Below, piece after piece: positions 38,686 through 51,500 of a stretch of DNA of 64,000 nt (position 1 is the stretch's first letter; every line of letters starts with the position of its first letter). The DNA comes from Carcharhinus amblyrhynchos. Taxonomy: Eukaryota. Below the pieces are notes generated by a model. It was not told where the DNA came from, did not search any database, and saw only the letters and a list, made by a program, of their open reading frames with translations. The stretch lies in NCBI GenBank assembly GCA_965287045.1, contig OZ336880.1:19220001-19284000 (forward strand), written 5' to 3'. The position numbers and the translations under genes were made by a program.

Positions 38686-40619
38686 TTGTGCCAAATATAT
38701 GGCTACTATGATGCTATAAATGTCCAGAAAAGCATATAAAAAGATTAGTTATCAATGTTTCAGCTCCTTACTGTAACATGGGTTAAGGAGATGTTAAATG
38801 GGACTAACAAAACTGCCCAGTTACTCATTGGTTTAACTTCATGACACAGGAGATTGTGAAATTTGAACTTCTGGCATTTGGACTTTAAAGCTGTAATAAG
38901 ATCACCATCTAAAAACAGAACTAATGCAAACTATTTCCATATGTATCTGTCATACACTGTCCATTGACAGCAGTTGCTTGATGAACAGATTTCGTTCTAA
39001 CCTTAAATGACTTATTACAGAAGGCCTGTAACTTTCATATTCCCAAAATATCCATTTGAAGTGAATTGAATCAGGACTTATCACCCATAAGAGTGCCTTT
39101 GCACTCTTCTTTGCATAGTGTAAATTTTGTGGTACAGTGGTAGTGGTGACTGCATATTGGTTAGAATCAGGTGTGCTTGGGTAGCCTACTTTGAACATTT
39201 ACTATTGGGGATGTCATTTTTCAACTTAATTGTTGACCATGCTGCCTTAACTAGAACGTGAGAGAATAAAATGGAATATGTCCTACATTGGTATTGTCGT
39301 ACCACTTCCTTACTGGCAAATGATCTAAGTTGGAAAAAAATTGTGTGTATTCAGTTTGTCAGCGATTCACTGCGCAGTTAGTTATGTTTTTGGGTTAATA
39401 CTATACCTCGAATGTTGGTCCAGGGTTCTAAATACACCTTTTTGAGTTATATTTCATTTCAAAAAATTGGATTTTTCATAGTTTGACTCTTCAACCTCCT
39501 CCATTAAAACATATTAACTTGGAATGGAGGAAATGTCCGTCAATCTGAAGATACCAGTGTGTTTATGAAAATGAATTGAAAAGCACTGTAGTGTTTCTAA
39601 CTGTTGTAATAACCAGAAGTATCATTTTATTAAAACTAAGTTTGAAATTACAAATTAAAATTGAATGGAGAACATGTTTACATTTGCTTTTCCGTAGATG
39701 TATTTTTTTAGCATTATTCTGTGGCATGATAATGTATTAAATGGCAGTGAAAACTATGCAGCACTTAAAGGGTTACGTTTAGTTCCACTTGAGTGACTGT
39801 TAGCCTGAAAATCTGAAGTCCTGTTCTTTCTGGATAATAAACAATGCTAATTTAAATTACAGATGCAAATTTGGGGTGGGGGTGGGGTGAGTGAGGAAAG
39901 CAAACATATCCCTTGATTTGCTGTAACAAGAACATTGTGATTGAGTGGAAGGAGGAAGTTGAGACCAGAGGTGATGGCAGCTTTGTCCAGCTCGCCCTCC
40001 AAGATGCTGAAGACGACTGATTAGAAGTGACAGCTCTGGAGCCAGCTGTCATTGCCATACAGAGCACACTCCAAAAATGCGTATATTCAGGCTAAGGGTT
40101 TGCATAATTTCCTCGGGTTTATCCTAAATGTGCCACACTGACAGAAAAATCAGAGCGGTAAATCAAGAAAACCCTTCTATTAAGATTTGTTGAATGCTTT
40201 ATCAAAGCTTGATGCTTTGGAGGGATTTTTCTAATCCACTCCCCTTCAGTCACACCTTTAATAATCGCAATCTTAGCATTTTGCTGCTTAATAAAAGGAT
40301 TTACTGCAATTTTCCATACTATAAATCTAGGGTTTAAAAAATAGTTTTTACATTAAGGGTACACTTCAAAGTAACAATAAAGATATGAGCATTTTGGTGG
40401 TGATTAGTAGGAATATACTAAACGTTTCTTTAAGCTGGTTTTTATTTTGTGTTTTCCATATGTTGTTTTTACATTTATATAATTCTCCACCAGTATTAGA
40501 TTTCTAGACTGTGGAGGTGTCGGGGGTATGGGGAATGTATTGAGGATCAGCCATGATCGTGTTAAATAGCAAAGCTGGCTGAAAGGGCTAAATAGCCAAC
40601 TCATTTTCTATGTTTCTAT

Positions 40620-40770
40620 CCTACTCTGATCTTTCTGTCCTTAGCCTCCTGTATTGGTCCATTGTAGGTAAATGGATGTTTGAGCAACAGCACCTCCTCA
40701 CTGCATGAGATGCATTACAACCTTCTGACATCAAGTTGATTGTAACCACTACTTCCATTTTCTAATTTGT
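40620..40770 (+). mobile_element. Decayed Penelope-like GIY-YIG endonuclease C-terminal remnant
   Basis: Pieces translate SDLSVLSLL and FEQQHLL..LQPS, resembling the SDLSVLGLL..LEEQHLIFRLGTLQP pattern recalled for vertebrate PLEs. Confidence 0.4.
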
Positions 40771-41359
40771 TCATTTTTTTTGACAATGATTCTGCTATAT
40801 CAGTTATGGTTCCTTTAGATCCACATTTTGTCCATTACCACCCCTGCCTTTCCTTATCATACCACTTATCATTTAATTTCTCTGAAGATTTATTTTCTGA
40901 GGTTTGCTTGTAGTTACTTTCCATGGGATTTAATGGATCATGTTGAAATCTGCTTTGGGGTAAATTGCATTCTGGGTTCTTGCTCGACACGTAATGCAAC
41001 AAATGTTGGCTGCTTTAAGATGGCCACAATTGCCTTCTAATTTTCATACCTCTTTGCCCCCATTTTGTCCAGCATTGATCCTGGTGAACGTCATTTTTCA
41101 GTGCCAACCAATAAATAACAATCCCTTTTATCCCAAATCTCTGCCGTTTACCTTCCAATCCATATCCTGCCCCTACCACAAGATAGCTTCAAATTCCATG
41201 AACTTCAGTTATAACTATCAAACTTTGTGTGGAATCCTAGTACAGGCTTCTGAAATTCCGTAGATATTGGATTGTAAATTCTGTCAAAGGTTAATTAGAA
41301 ACAAGCTGCCTTTCACAAAACCTTTTGACTTTTGCTTTTCCTCTTTCATTTCCTACTAA

Positions 41360-41479
41360 TGATGTGGAGATGCCGGCATTGGACTGGGGTAAGCAGCAGT
41401 AAGAAGTCTCACAACACCAGGTTAAAGTCCAACAGGACTGTTGGACTTTAACCTGGTATTGTGAGACTTCTTAATGTGC
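41360..41479. mobile_element. Fold-back Penelope-like mini-element, family A (short form)
   Basis: ~40 nt tail plus near-perfect ~34-bp hairpin (41401-41472). Exact 13-bp TSD catttcctactaa (41347-41359 / 41480-41492). Confidence 0.85.
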
Positions 41480-41774
41480 CATTTCCTACTAAGATTTGTT
41501 CAATTTTATCAATACTGAGTTGGTACTTTCTTTTGAATATTGTGATCATCCTTGCAGTCTTCTAACTAGATACTGTTTGTGAATCCAACCAATGTTGCAA
41601 GATTACAGTGTAAACATTCCAAATTTCTTCACCCATTTCTGTTAATACCTTTCAATAGGAAGTACCTAACGTTTGATTTATTTAAATTTAATCCTATTTG
41701 CTTTTCTGCTCATATCTTGCCTCCTCTTCCCAATCTCCAGCCTTTCCTCTATCAATGTTCTTCGTGCGGAAAAT

Positions 41775-41920
41775 GTAGTCCCTACAGTGCAGAAGGCGGC
41801 CATTTGGCCCATCGAATCAGCATCGACTCTCTGACAGAGTATCTTACCCAGGCCCCCCTCCCCCACGCTATCCCTGTAACCTTATACATTTACCGTGGCT
41901 AATCCACCTAACCTACATAT
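41775..41920 (-). mobile_element. V-SINE 3' fragment
   Basis: tccctacagtgcagaagg.ggccatttggccc tail through ggctaatccacctaacct. Confidence 0.75.
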
Positions 41921-42589
41921 ACCAAAGCAAAATAGTAATTTAGCAATTTTGCCATGCCTTTGTTTGTGTTCTTCTGAGCTGGCAGCTAGCAAGCCAGACA
42001 CTGATCAGAAATAAATTGTACATCAGTCCCATATCAGCTGATTCCAGCTGTTCATAAGAGTTTGAAACAAAACTCAGCTTGTACCTCTACAGAATAGAAC
42101 ACTTGAGGACAAGTTCAAGGGCAAAATTTTACCACATGCTGATCGCAATGGTTTATATACCTGGGTTCAGCAGTATCAGCTGTTGGTGTGTATCGAGTGC
42201 TATTTTGAAAACTTTCATCATTCAAAAAACCAATGACTCATTCATTTATAGTTTCTGTTTCTCGGTTGACACCAAGCTGATGTCAGTATTGCCCCCAAAG
42301 AAGAACATTTCCTGCAGTGTTGATTAATGCCAAAGCATTTTGCTGCACTGGTGCAGAAAAATGTGCATATGTCTTGAAGCACTGGTAGTTCCATGGTCAT
42401 GCATTGGTTCTTTCTCAGTGCTTTACTCACTCCAGGGTAGCTTGCTTAATGTTCACCCTTTTGGAGGGATCAAATCATTTCCCTGTTTTCTTTGCTTGGT
42501 CAGTGTACTTGAGGTCTTTGCCCTGTTAAATATGTTTTTAACTCTTTAGGGGATCAAGTGTGTCCTATCCTTTTAAGAGTTTATAACCT

Positions 42590-43580
42590 GCGTCACGGAC
42601 AAAACAGCAGCCGTCGAGGTGAGTTGAGTGACTGCTGTTGGCATCAAGGCAGCATTTGACTATGCAGGGCATCAAGGACCTCTAATAAAATTAAAATCAG
42701 TGAGAGTCTGTGGTGAAATTCTCTACTGGTTGTTGGTGACACAATTATTTCAACCACAGCACGTCATTACAAGAGTTTCTAAGGACAGTACCTTTGACCT
42801 AACCATCTTTAGTTGCGTTATTAATGATCTTTGCTCCATCGTAAAGTCAGAGGTCATGAAGTTTGCTAGCAATTTCCTCAACTAATGAAGCAATCCATAA
42901 CTACATGCAGCAAGGCATGGGCAACATTCAGACTTGGACTAATAAGTGGCAAGTAACAACCACATAATACAGAATCACAGGCCATCTCCAACAAGAGAAT
43001 CTCGCTATCTCCTTCTTGATATTAAACTGCATTGCTATCACTGAATTCCCAAGTATCACCATCTCAGGGGTTACCATTGACCAGAAGCATAACTAAACCA
43101 GCCACATAATAGCTGTGGCTACAAGAGCAGATTGGAAGGTAGCAATTCTATTGAACAATTCACCTCCTAACTCCCTGAAGCCTTTCCATCATGTACAAGG
43201 CACAAGCTACTTTCCTGGGTGAGTACAAGTTAAACATTCACTCCTTCCCAATGCACTCCGGCAACAATGTGTATCATACACAGGATGGATGCTGCTACTT
43301 GAAATCTGCAAACTTACTACATAGAAAAACAAGTGTAATTTGCATGTGGGAACACCGCCACCTACAAATTTTCTTCCAAATCCCTCCATCTTTCTTGTAT
43401 TTATTACCATTCCATCACTGTCACTTGAACAGAGTGCTGGAACTCTCCCAATCCGTTATGGATTTATCTTCACCGGATGAACTGCAGAAGTTGAAGACTG
43501 CTCAACACTTTTTGGAAGTTGGAGATGGATGATAAATGCTGACCCTGCAAGTATTGGCCACCTTCCATGAATGAATTAAA
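42590..43580 (+). mobile_element. Old CR1/L2-group LINE fragment
   Basis: ORF 42628-42885 (IKAAFD..IFSCVINDL..KFA) and tail ataaatgctg..ccatgaatgaat. Confidence 0.7.
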
Positions 43581-44129
43581 AACCTATCCGTTTTATTTTA
43601 CTCAAGTTGACATTGGACAGTATTGCATTAAATCTGTCTTCTGGAATAAGCAGCTAGAGATTTGGGCAAAAAGGTTGGAATATCATAGAATTGACGGGAG
43701 TGCATGGACCCAGAAAGCTTGATCTGAAATTCTGTTTCCATCACCTTCCAACTAAACTTCTCTATCACATTTGAACCCTATTCCCACTGAATGTGTAAAC
43801 ACAGATTGTTGACAGATGGACCTTGAAGCCAGGATCAGCCCAGAAGACAAACTTTCCCTAACTTTCATTCTGCAGTCAGCTCACGTTTGGGCTTAACCAA
43901 GAACCTCCCAAGATCCCTTCAGAAAGAATCACTTCCATGGTAGACTTTTTCCAGACAACGCTCAATGCAAAGTGTGCATGACTTGTCATCCAGGGGACTT
44001 GCTGTCTAACTTGAATGCATTTCAGATGTCCCAGCAAAAGTGCCAATATAACTTTTATTATGAAGAGCGTCTTAAGTGAAATTAGAGTGCGGATGACTGA
44101 AGATTTATACCAGCAGAAGAGCAGTCAAT

Positions 44130-44425
44130 TTTAAAGTTTATTTATTGTCACAGGTAGGCTTACATTCTAGTAATGTAGTTATCGTGAAAGCCCCCTAGTC
44201 GCCACACTCTGGCGCCTGTTTGGGTGCACTGAGGGAAAATTTATTGTGGCCAATCCACCTAACCAGCACATCCTTGGACTGCAGGAGGAAACAGGAGCAC
44301 CCAGAGGAAACCCATGCAGTCTGTGTGGAGTGCAAACTCCACATAGACAGTGACCCAAGTCAGGAATCGAACCTGGATCCCTGGTGCTGTGAGGCAGCAG
44401 TGCTAACCACTGTGCCACCATGCCA
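44130..44425 (-). mobile_element. Full-length V-SINE, alternative-tail subfamily
   Basis: Well-preserved tRNA head (ggtggcacagtggttagcactg..ggttcgattcc), V-domain, tail ending tgtgacaataaataaac. Confidence 0.9.
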
Positions 44426-44870
44426 CTCCTGGTGGAGGTAACCTATTGACAGATACTAGCTATCATTTTCTTTTTGCAATGAAACCAGGGGCTTGTTTGA
44501 AAGCCTTTGTTATCACAAACCATGGTCCAAACCATGAACTTCCAGTAACTAAATATGGCTGGTGATGCCAAAATTTCTGTCCCTCCAACTTTGTCTTTGA
44601 AAGGCTAACCCTGATGATGATAGGGACTGATGAAAAGCCCAGGAAGGTCACAAATTGGAAGAATGAAGAAATGGTGCTAGCTGATTTTTTTTCATTCTTG
44701 TCAGCTATTTTTGGAGAGGCCTCCCTGTGATCTGGAAGGAAATATCAAGTTATTCAACTTTTCCCTGTCCCTCCATCAAAGGAGACAGCACATTCTGAAG
44801 ATACAGAAATAGACTGATCACAGGTACACTGCTAGTGCCAAGAGCGAAGACCGGTGGTGACTACTCTAGT

Positions 44871-46118
44871 CAGTGAGTTGGATTAAATTATAAACATGGT
44901 AAAGGCATTAAGAACTTGATTTTTTTTTTCAGTAAGGGTCCAAGTTTAGAGACTGCAAGTCTAAATTGCCCATTTAATTTGCACATGTGCAAGAACTTAC
45001 TCAGTGACTGCTCTCGGTTGCAGTTATGTCAATGAAGTGGAAATTTGAGCATTTACAAGAAATGCAGCATTTATCGTTTTAAACTCAACACTATACTCAT
45101 GCCCTACCAAAGGTTTATACGCTATTAGTTGGAATTAGAAATGCTTATCTAGGAACAGTGATTTTTAGTAACCATTTTTATTGGGAATGTGCACATTATG
45201 GACCACAATCACAGAGCTCAAACTCTTAAAAACAGCCTTCAAATTTCAGGCATTTTGATCCAATCTGCTGGCTTTTTCTCGTTGGTTTACTCAGTTTGAA
45301 TTTATCAAGTGGTGGTTTAAAAAAGGCCTTCTTTAAATATTGCCACCTCACTGCTGGCTAAATGCCAAACTAGTGCACCCAGATGCTTGTAAATTAATAT
45401 GAATGAAAATTTTAGGTGCCATCCTTTCCTATACATCCCGCTAAGAACAAAGGTTCAGATACTCGTGATCAAGACTGCAAGAGATATTTTAAAGGATATA
45501 ATTACACTGATATGTTGCCGTACAATGTTTCTGACGCAAGTGACCGTGCATGAAAGTCAGAGCAAACTGCATCTCTTGGCATGCATATCATTCTGTCTGG
45601 AGTACATACAACTCCAGTATGATGTTGTTGAGTCTGAGTGCTCTGTAGATACATCCTCGAACCCCTTTCCCCCACCCCAGCAATTTTTTTCCTGAGGGAG
45701 TTTTAATGTTGCCACCCTTAGAGCAGAACTGTAACATTTGTAAACATGTATGTGCACCGACTCACTAAAGATTGCTCTCTCTACAGAGGATAGTGGCCAC
45801 AATAATGCCGGGTTTGGAGCTTAGTGATCAGGACCGGTTTTCAATAAAATATTTGAATATTTACTACTAAGTTGGCAGATGTTTTTTCTTATCCATTCTT
45901 TAAAAGCTCATTTGCATTCAACCTCTCTTCCCTTTCTTCCACAAACAATACTTACTGTGCTTACCCATTCTGAAGTACTGTGATTTACATTGATTAGTTC
46001 CTGCCCGTGTGCAAATTAAATGGGCAATTTAGATTTGCAGTCTCTAAACTTGGACCCTTACTGAAAAAATCAAGTCCTTAATGCCTTTACCATGTTTATA
46101 ATTTAATCCAACTCACTG
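44871..46118. repeat. ~130-bp inverted repeat pair (44871-45003 / 45991-46118) around a ~1 kb spacer
   Basis: cagtgagttggattaaattataaacatggtaaaggcattaag..cagtaagggtccaagtttagagactgcaa.tctaaattgcccatttaatttgcaca is the reverse complement of 46007-46118 apart from 2 substitutions and a T-run length difference; similarity continues more loosely for ~15 bp inward. Confidence 0.93.
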
Positions 46119-47858
46119 GCCAGATTGTGGCCTGTGAAGCCTCTCTGTATGGGCCTTGGAGTCCTTGCTCAAAATGTTGGTGAAACGGTGAAGTTGAAGA
46201 TTTTGGTCGTTGACTGCTTCTCCGTTCGGAGCCTGTTTCCCTCAGGAAATGTGGGAGAGGACCATATTGTGATTGGAGGAGCATTGATAAACCAGCAGCT
46301 GAAAGTACGTGGAGGGAAAAGGAGGATTTGGAGGGATGAGACTGCATGATTCTGGTTCACTCCCTGTCTCGGAGTTCTCATTCACTCTCACCCCTACACA
46401 GCACGCACTCTCACAGTAGGTGCAGGACTGAGCTCCCCAAGACTGCGAATGGAATTTTGCAGTGATACCAGGTCAGAAAATATGACAGCTGTTTGAATGT
46501 TCATTGACTTTGGCAGGGCCAGAAAATTTTGTCCAGGGAGTTAGCTTGATGCACGCACTTAGCCTTTGTAAATAATGAATTAATTGTTTTGATTTATTTT
46601 TGTTCAGCAAATTTCTTTCCATAGGTGGTTCTTTCAAAATTCATATTTATGTTGTGCCAAATCTTATCTTTCCAAAATTCTTTCTTTGGTGAGAAGGAAA
46701 TTGAAATGTCGCCCACAGACCCATGCGCGCGCGCACACCACCTGGCTTTGTCGACTCCAATTTAGGGATATACTGCAATAATTGAAAATCCCCCCGCCAT
46801 TGAGAATTCACTTTAACAACCAAAAGTAGGCCTTCCACAAATGGTAGCAGATGCTTTTCCCCCTGTTTTTGGAGGGCTACAAATCCTCCTTACTGTTAAA
46901 CAATAGTGAATAATTTATTTGTGTTACAGTATTATTTCTGTTGAAATGGTCAAACTGAAGAAAATGTTGCCCTGTTTTGAAGGTTGCCCCTTTGACTTCC
47001 AGCTTCATTAAATAGCTGTGCAGTTCAGTCTAACTAATATTCACTGTGGTCTGCTGCTTGGTCAAGATGAGAGGATTTATGGAGGACAGGAGATTCAGTC
47101 AGATTAAACACTTTTATCCAGGATTATGTCTGCAGCTATGTCAGGAACTGGGAGGTCTGATGCTGGAGCCACAAAGAAGTTGATGTGCTGCACTGATCTG
47201 ATTTAGGCCTTGGGCCAGAGGAATAGTGGACGTTGTGAAATTTGCAAAATAATGGTACGAGATTATGCTCATCTGTGATGAGATGAGGGAAATGTTGAGC
47301 AATAGTGCCATGAGAGAACAAGATAATCACAAAAGTCTTTTCAAAAATTTCTAATCTTGATGTGCTGCAGAGTTGATCTTAATTACTGCAAAAACTGGTA
47401 ATACATATGCTTTTACTGATACATCTTAGCCCTCACCTGTTCATGCTTTCTGTTTTACAAATGCAATTAGATATTGGAATGATTGAAGCCATTATTTTTA
47501 GTTCCCTACTCCAAACTGCATTTCCTAACAACTGGCACTGTCCCTCCCTTGGCAATAGTCTGAAGCTAAATAAGTCTGAAATCATATTTGACTCCAGCTT
47601 CCAACCACCTCAGTAACACCACCTATTGCCACCTCTAACATTGCCAGCTTCTCTACCAATAAAGACACTGGATAGAATGGAAGCTGAAGAAAGTGGATTG
47701 TGACTGACTCCATTCAAATACACCATAGTTAATTTCTTTTGTTGCTATACATGTAAATAAATTGACCTTACTTCAATGTTGGCTGACCAGCAAAATCAGA
47801 AAAATGATTGTGATCTGTGTTTCTTTTCGGCTTATTTTTCAATTCCCAAATGGACCTA

Positions 47859-48042
47859 ATGATGTGGATGTGCTGGCGTTGGACTGGGGTAAGCACAGTA
47901 AAAAGTCTGACAACACCAGGTTTAAGTCCAACTGATTTATTTGATAAATATGCCCCTGGCGAAGGGGCAAACCCCGAAAGCTTGTGAGTTTACTATCAAA
48001 TAATTCGGTTGGACTAAAACCTGGTGTTGTCAGACTTTTTAC
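47859..48042. mobile_element. Fold-back Penelope-like mini-element, family A, with hammerhead-like core
   Basis: Tail plus ~50 bp inverted arms. The loop contains ctggcga-a-gggg-caaa-cccc-gaaa-gctt (47956-47983). 12-bp TSD caaatggaccta / caaacggaccta. Confidence 0.8.
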
Positions 48043-49834
48043 AAACGGACCTAGCCAAGGCACCATGTTTTGGGATGCCATGGCTGTGCTGTTAGGGCAG
48101 AGAATTGGAAATAGGCGAGAAAATGGGTAGCACATCCCTAAATACTTAATGAGCTGTTCAAAGTATTACAGCAAATGCAACTGAAGCACGAAATGTCTTT
48201 CTAAAATCTGGATAGAGTGGGGAGTCTCAGTCCTTTTGACTGTTTGGGTATTTCTATGGTGATTCATGAGAAACAATGAAGTTTGGTTTAAGCTTCAATT
48301 CATCTTAATGTGGCATTGTACCTATTGAAATGCAGTACGGTTTGTCTCATTGTTACATAGCTATCATCAATACACTAAGTCGTGGTCTTTCCCTTTATTA
48401 TTATACTCCCTGTTTAAATGAGTTGTGTTGAGTAGTTCATGCTATACCCTCTTGTCAAGTGGAGATGGCCATCATGGTATGAATAAAAATGCTCTGAAAA
48501 ATTTTTGCAAAAATCATCAGTGTGACAGTGGTGAAGGCCAGCAGAGCATGAAGCGTATTTAATTTAATAGCATGGCTCATGGAACCATGAAGATTTGTTT
48601 TTACACAGCACTGCTTGCTTTGTTCAAATTAGGACTGTACAGTTGGAGTTTTTCTAGTTTTGGGCTTTGGAAAATGTTTTCCCTAATGGTGAATTCAGTC
48701 ACTTGGTGACCCAACTGTATTTAATTTCCCTTCCTCCCATGAATGTCTCAGTTTTTGATGATTGAAACCTCAAAACATTAATATAAAGACTGAATTGAGC
48801 CTCGAAGGTGGGAAGGATGGATTGTGACGAGTTTAAATGTACCATTTCAAGATATCAAGCCTGAATTTGCGGTAAAAATAGCAGCAAGGCTCTTTGCACT
48901 TGGTGGGTAAAATAAGCGATAATGTCTGGGGTGTGCAGAAATCTGGAAGCTGCTTTGAGCTACCTGCTGCTCCACAAGGCTGCTTGTTGGCACTCTTTGC
49001 GATAGATCCTTATTAAGGTGTCAAGTTGAACTTTTACCCCCATTCTTCCCTTAAATACCAGTGAAAGACCTTAAGCCTTGTCCAATCAACGTCAGTCAGA
49101 AGTAAATGAGTTTTGTGGCTTGCTAAGTCATAATTACTGTTGAAAAATCTTCTAGCCTTGAAAAGGTAATTTTATAAAGTTATCATTCCCTTGAGAACTA
49201 AATTTTTGCTTATTTTTAAATGTGTAGTTTGTTTAAGTTCAAGTTACATTTAACCTGGATCCCTGTGGCCATTTTTCTAATTCCATTTCTCCATCACCCC
49301 AGCAGTGTCCTCTTCAACAATTTGAACCAGAGCAGCTGAAATGTTTTTACTATCTAATGGAATGTTGACATCAAAAACTACATGGGCTGAAGGTGTTTTA
49401 CTTGTATTGTTTGGGTTTAGTCCACTTGCACTGTCAGAGCTTGAGCACAGTATTTTGTTTGTAAAAGATGTGACACCTAACATTAAAACAAATGTAAGCA
49501 GTGATATTTTATGCACCATAACCTTCCTCTCTCCTATTCTTCAAGTCATAACTATATGGTTTGGTTTGAATGAAGACTTAATATGCGAATACAATTATCA
49601 ACATCATGTTCCAATATACAGCTCTCAGACTGGAACCCAGTTTCACTTTCAGAAAGCATCTTGATATGTTGTGATTTCAATGCACTCTGTTTAATCATAA
49701 GGCCAGTTGAGGATGAATGTTTAATCTTAGTTTGGGGATACATTGAAAAATGCCAAATTCAGTATATTTAATTACTAATGCGCAAATACAGTTTAGTATT
49801 GGAAGAATAGGGCTGCAAGATGAGCTATAATTTT

Positions 49835-50760
49835 CATTATCGTCACATATATTAGTATAAAATAAAAAGTATTGTTTCTTGTGCGCTACGCAGACAAAGC
49901 ATACCGTACATAGCGACAGGAAGGAGGGAATGCAGAATGTAGTGTTACAGTTACAGCTAAGCTGTAGAGAAAAATGAACTTAATGCAAAGTAGGACCATT
50001 CAAAAGTGATGGCAGCAGGGAAGAAGCTGTTTTTGAGTTTGTTGGTATGTGATCTCGGACTTTTCTATCTTTTTCCTGATGGAAGAGAGTATGTCCGGGA
50101 TGCGTGGGGTCCTTAATTATGCTGGCTGCTTTTCTGAGGCAGCAGGAAATGTAGATAGAATCAGTGGATGGGAGGCAGGTTTGAGTGATGGACTGGGCTT
50201 TGTTCACGACACTTTGTAGTTTCTTGCAGTATTGAACAGAGCAGGAGCCATACTGGGCTGTGATGTGACTGGAAAGAATGCTTTCTATGATGCATCTGTA
50301 GAAGTTGGTGAGAGTCGTAGCTGACATGTCAAATTTCCTTAGTCCTCTGAGAAAATAGAGGTGTTGGCAGGCTTTCTTAACTATAGTGTCAGCATGGAGG
50401 GACCAGGATAGGTTGTTGGTGATCTAGACACCTACAAACTAGAAGCTCTCGACCATTTCTACTTCATCCCCATTAATGTAGACAGGGACATGCCCTCCAC
50501 TATGATTCCTGAAGTTGATGACTGTCTCCTTCGTTTTGTTGACAGAGGGAGGGATTATTGTCATCGCGCTAGTTCACCAAATTCTCTATCTCTTTTCTGT
50601 ACTATGTCTTGTCATTGTTTGAGATCTGATCCTCAATGGTGGTGTTATCAGCAAATTTGAAAATCGAGTTGGAGGGGAATTTGGCCACACAGTCGAAGGT
50701 GTGTAAGTAAGAGAGCTGAGGACAGCCTTGCGGAGTACTAGTGTTGTGGATCATCGTGGA
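49835..50760 (-). mobile_element. Rex1/Babar-type LINE RT and 3' fragment
   Basis: ORFs with NTSTPQGC..DCVA....IFKFADNTT and LTNFYRCIIESILS. Collinear with 22536-23030. Confidence 0.85.
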
Positions 50761-51029
50761 GGATTGATTGGCTATGCTAAATTGCCCCTTAGCGTCAGGG
50801 GGATAAGGAGGGTAAATATATGGGAGCCCAGGGCTAGAGCCTGGGTGGGAACAGACAGACATTCCTGTGGTTGTGGCTCTAGAATGATGCATTGCCTCCC
50901 TGGTACCTGGGTCAAAGATGTCATAGAACAGCTGCAGGACGTTCGTCTGGGGAAGGTGAGCAGCCAGAGGTCATGGGCACATTAGGACCAAATACCTAGG
51001 TATGAAGTGGGATGTAGTCCTGCCTATTC

Positions 51030-51500
51030 TGATTTATGACTAAGAGTAGGAGCTTGTTCATTGTTCTGCGAGATCATTGCTGATCTGTTCCTTAACTCCA
51101 TTCACTTACCTTGCTCTATCTCAGTTTGAACCACTGTTTAACAATCTGTCAATCTCAGATTTTAATTATTAATTGAGCTATCATTTATTTTCTCTAGAAC
51201 AGAATCCCACACTACTTCTACCTTTTGCATAAAATGTTATTTAATGTCTCTCCTGAATGCCTAGTTCTGATTTTATTCCTCTCTTTTGCCAGACGTCCCT
51301 ACATTAGCAGAAAAGGTTTTCTCACTCTATTCTGTCAATTCCTTTAAAATTGCCAAAAATCTCACTCAAATCACCATCTGTATTCTAGGGATTTCAAGCT
51401 TAGTTAATGTAAGTAATCGCCCGTCGATCTAATACTTGGAACACCATTAACACGCTTGTGAATCTGCTGCATTCCTTCCAGAGCCAATACTGTATTGCAG
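51030..51500 (-). mobile_element. Old CR1-type 3' fragment
   Basis: agagtagg..gagatcat.gctgatct..cttaactccatt, a degenerate match to 670-1200. Confidence 0.6.

Noticed and set aside
41401-41472. Hairpin as a pre-miRNA or terminator
   Set aside because: Explained by the multi-copy TSD-flanked fold-back element. There is no expression evidence, and the context is eukaryotic.
44355-44425. tRNA-like sequence with A and B boxes (also near 12160-12214 and 58682-58740)
   Set aside because: These are SINE heads contiguous with V-domains, with no complete cloverleaf.
46722-46738. Alternating purine-pyrimidine run catgcgcgcgcgcacac (Z-DNA potential)
   Set aside because: Short microsatellite-like run with no supporting context.
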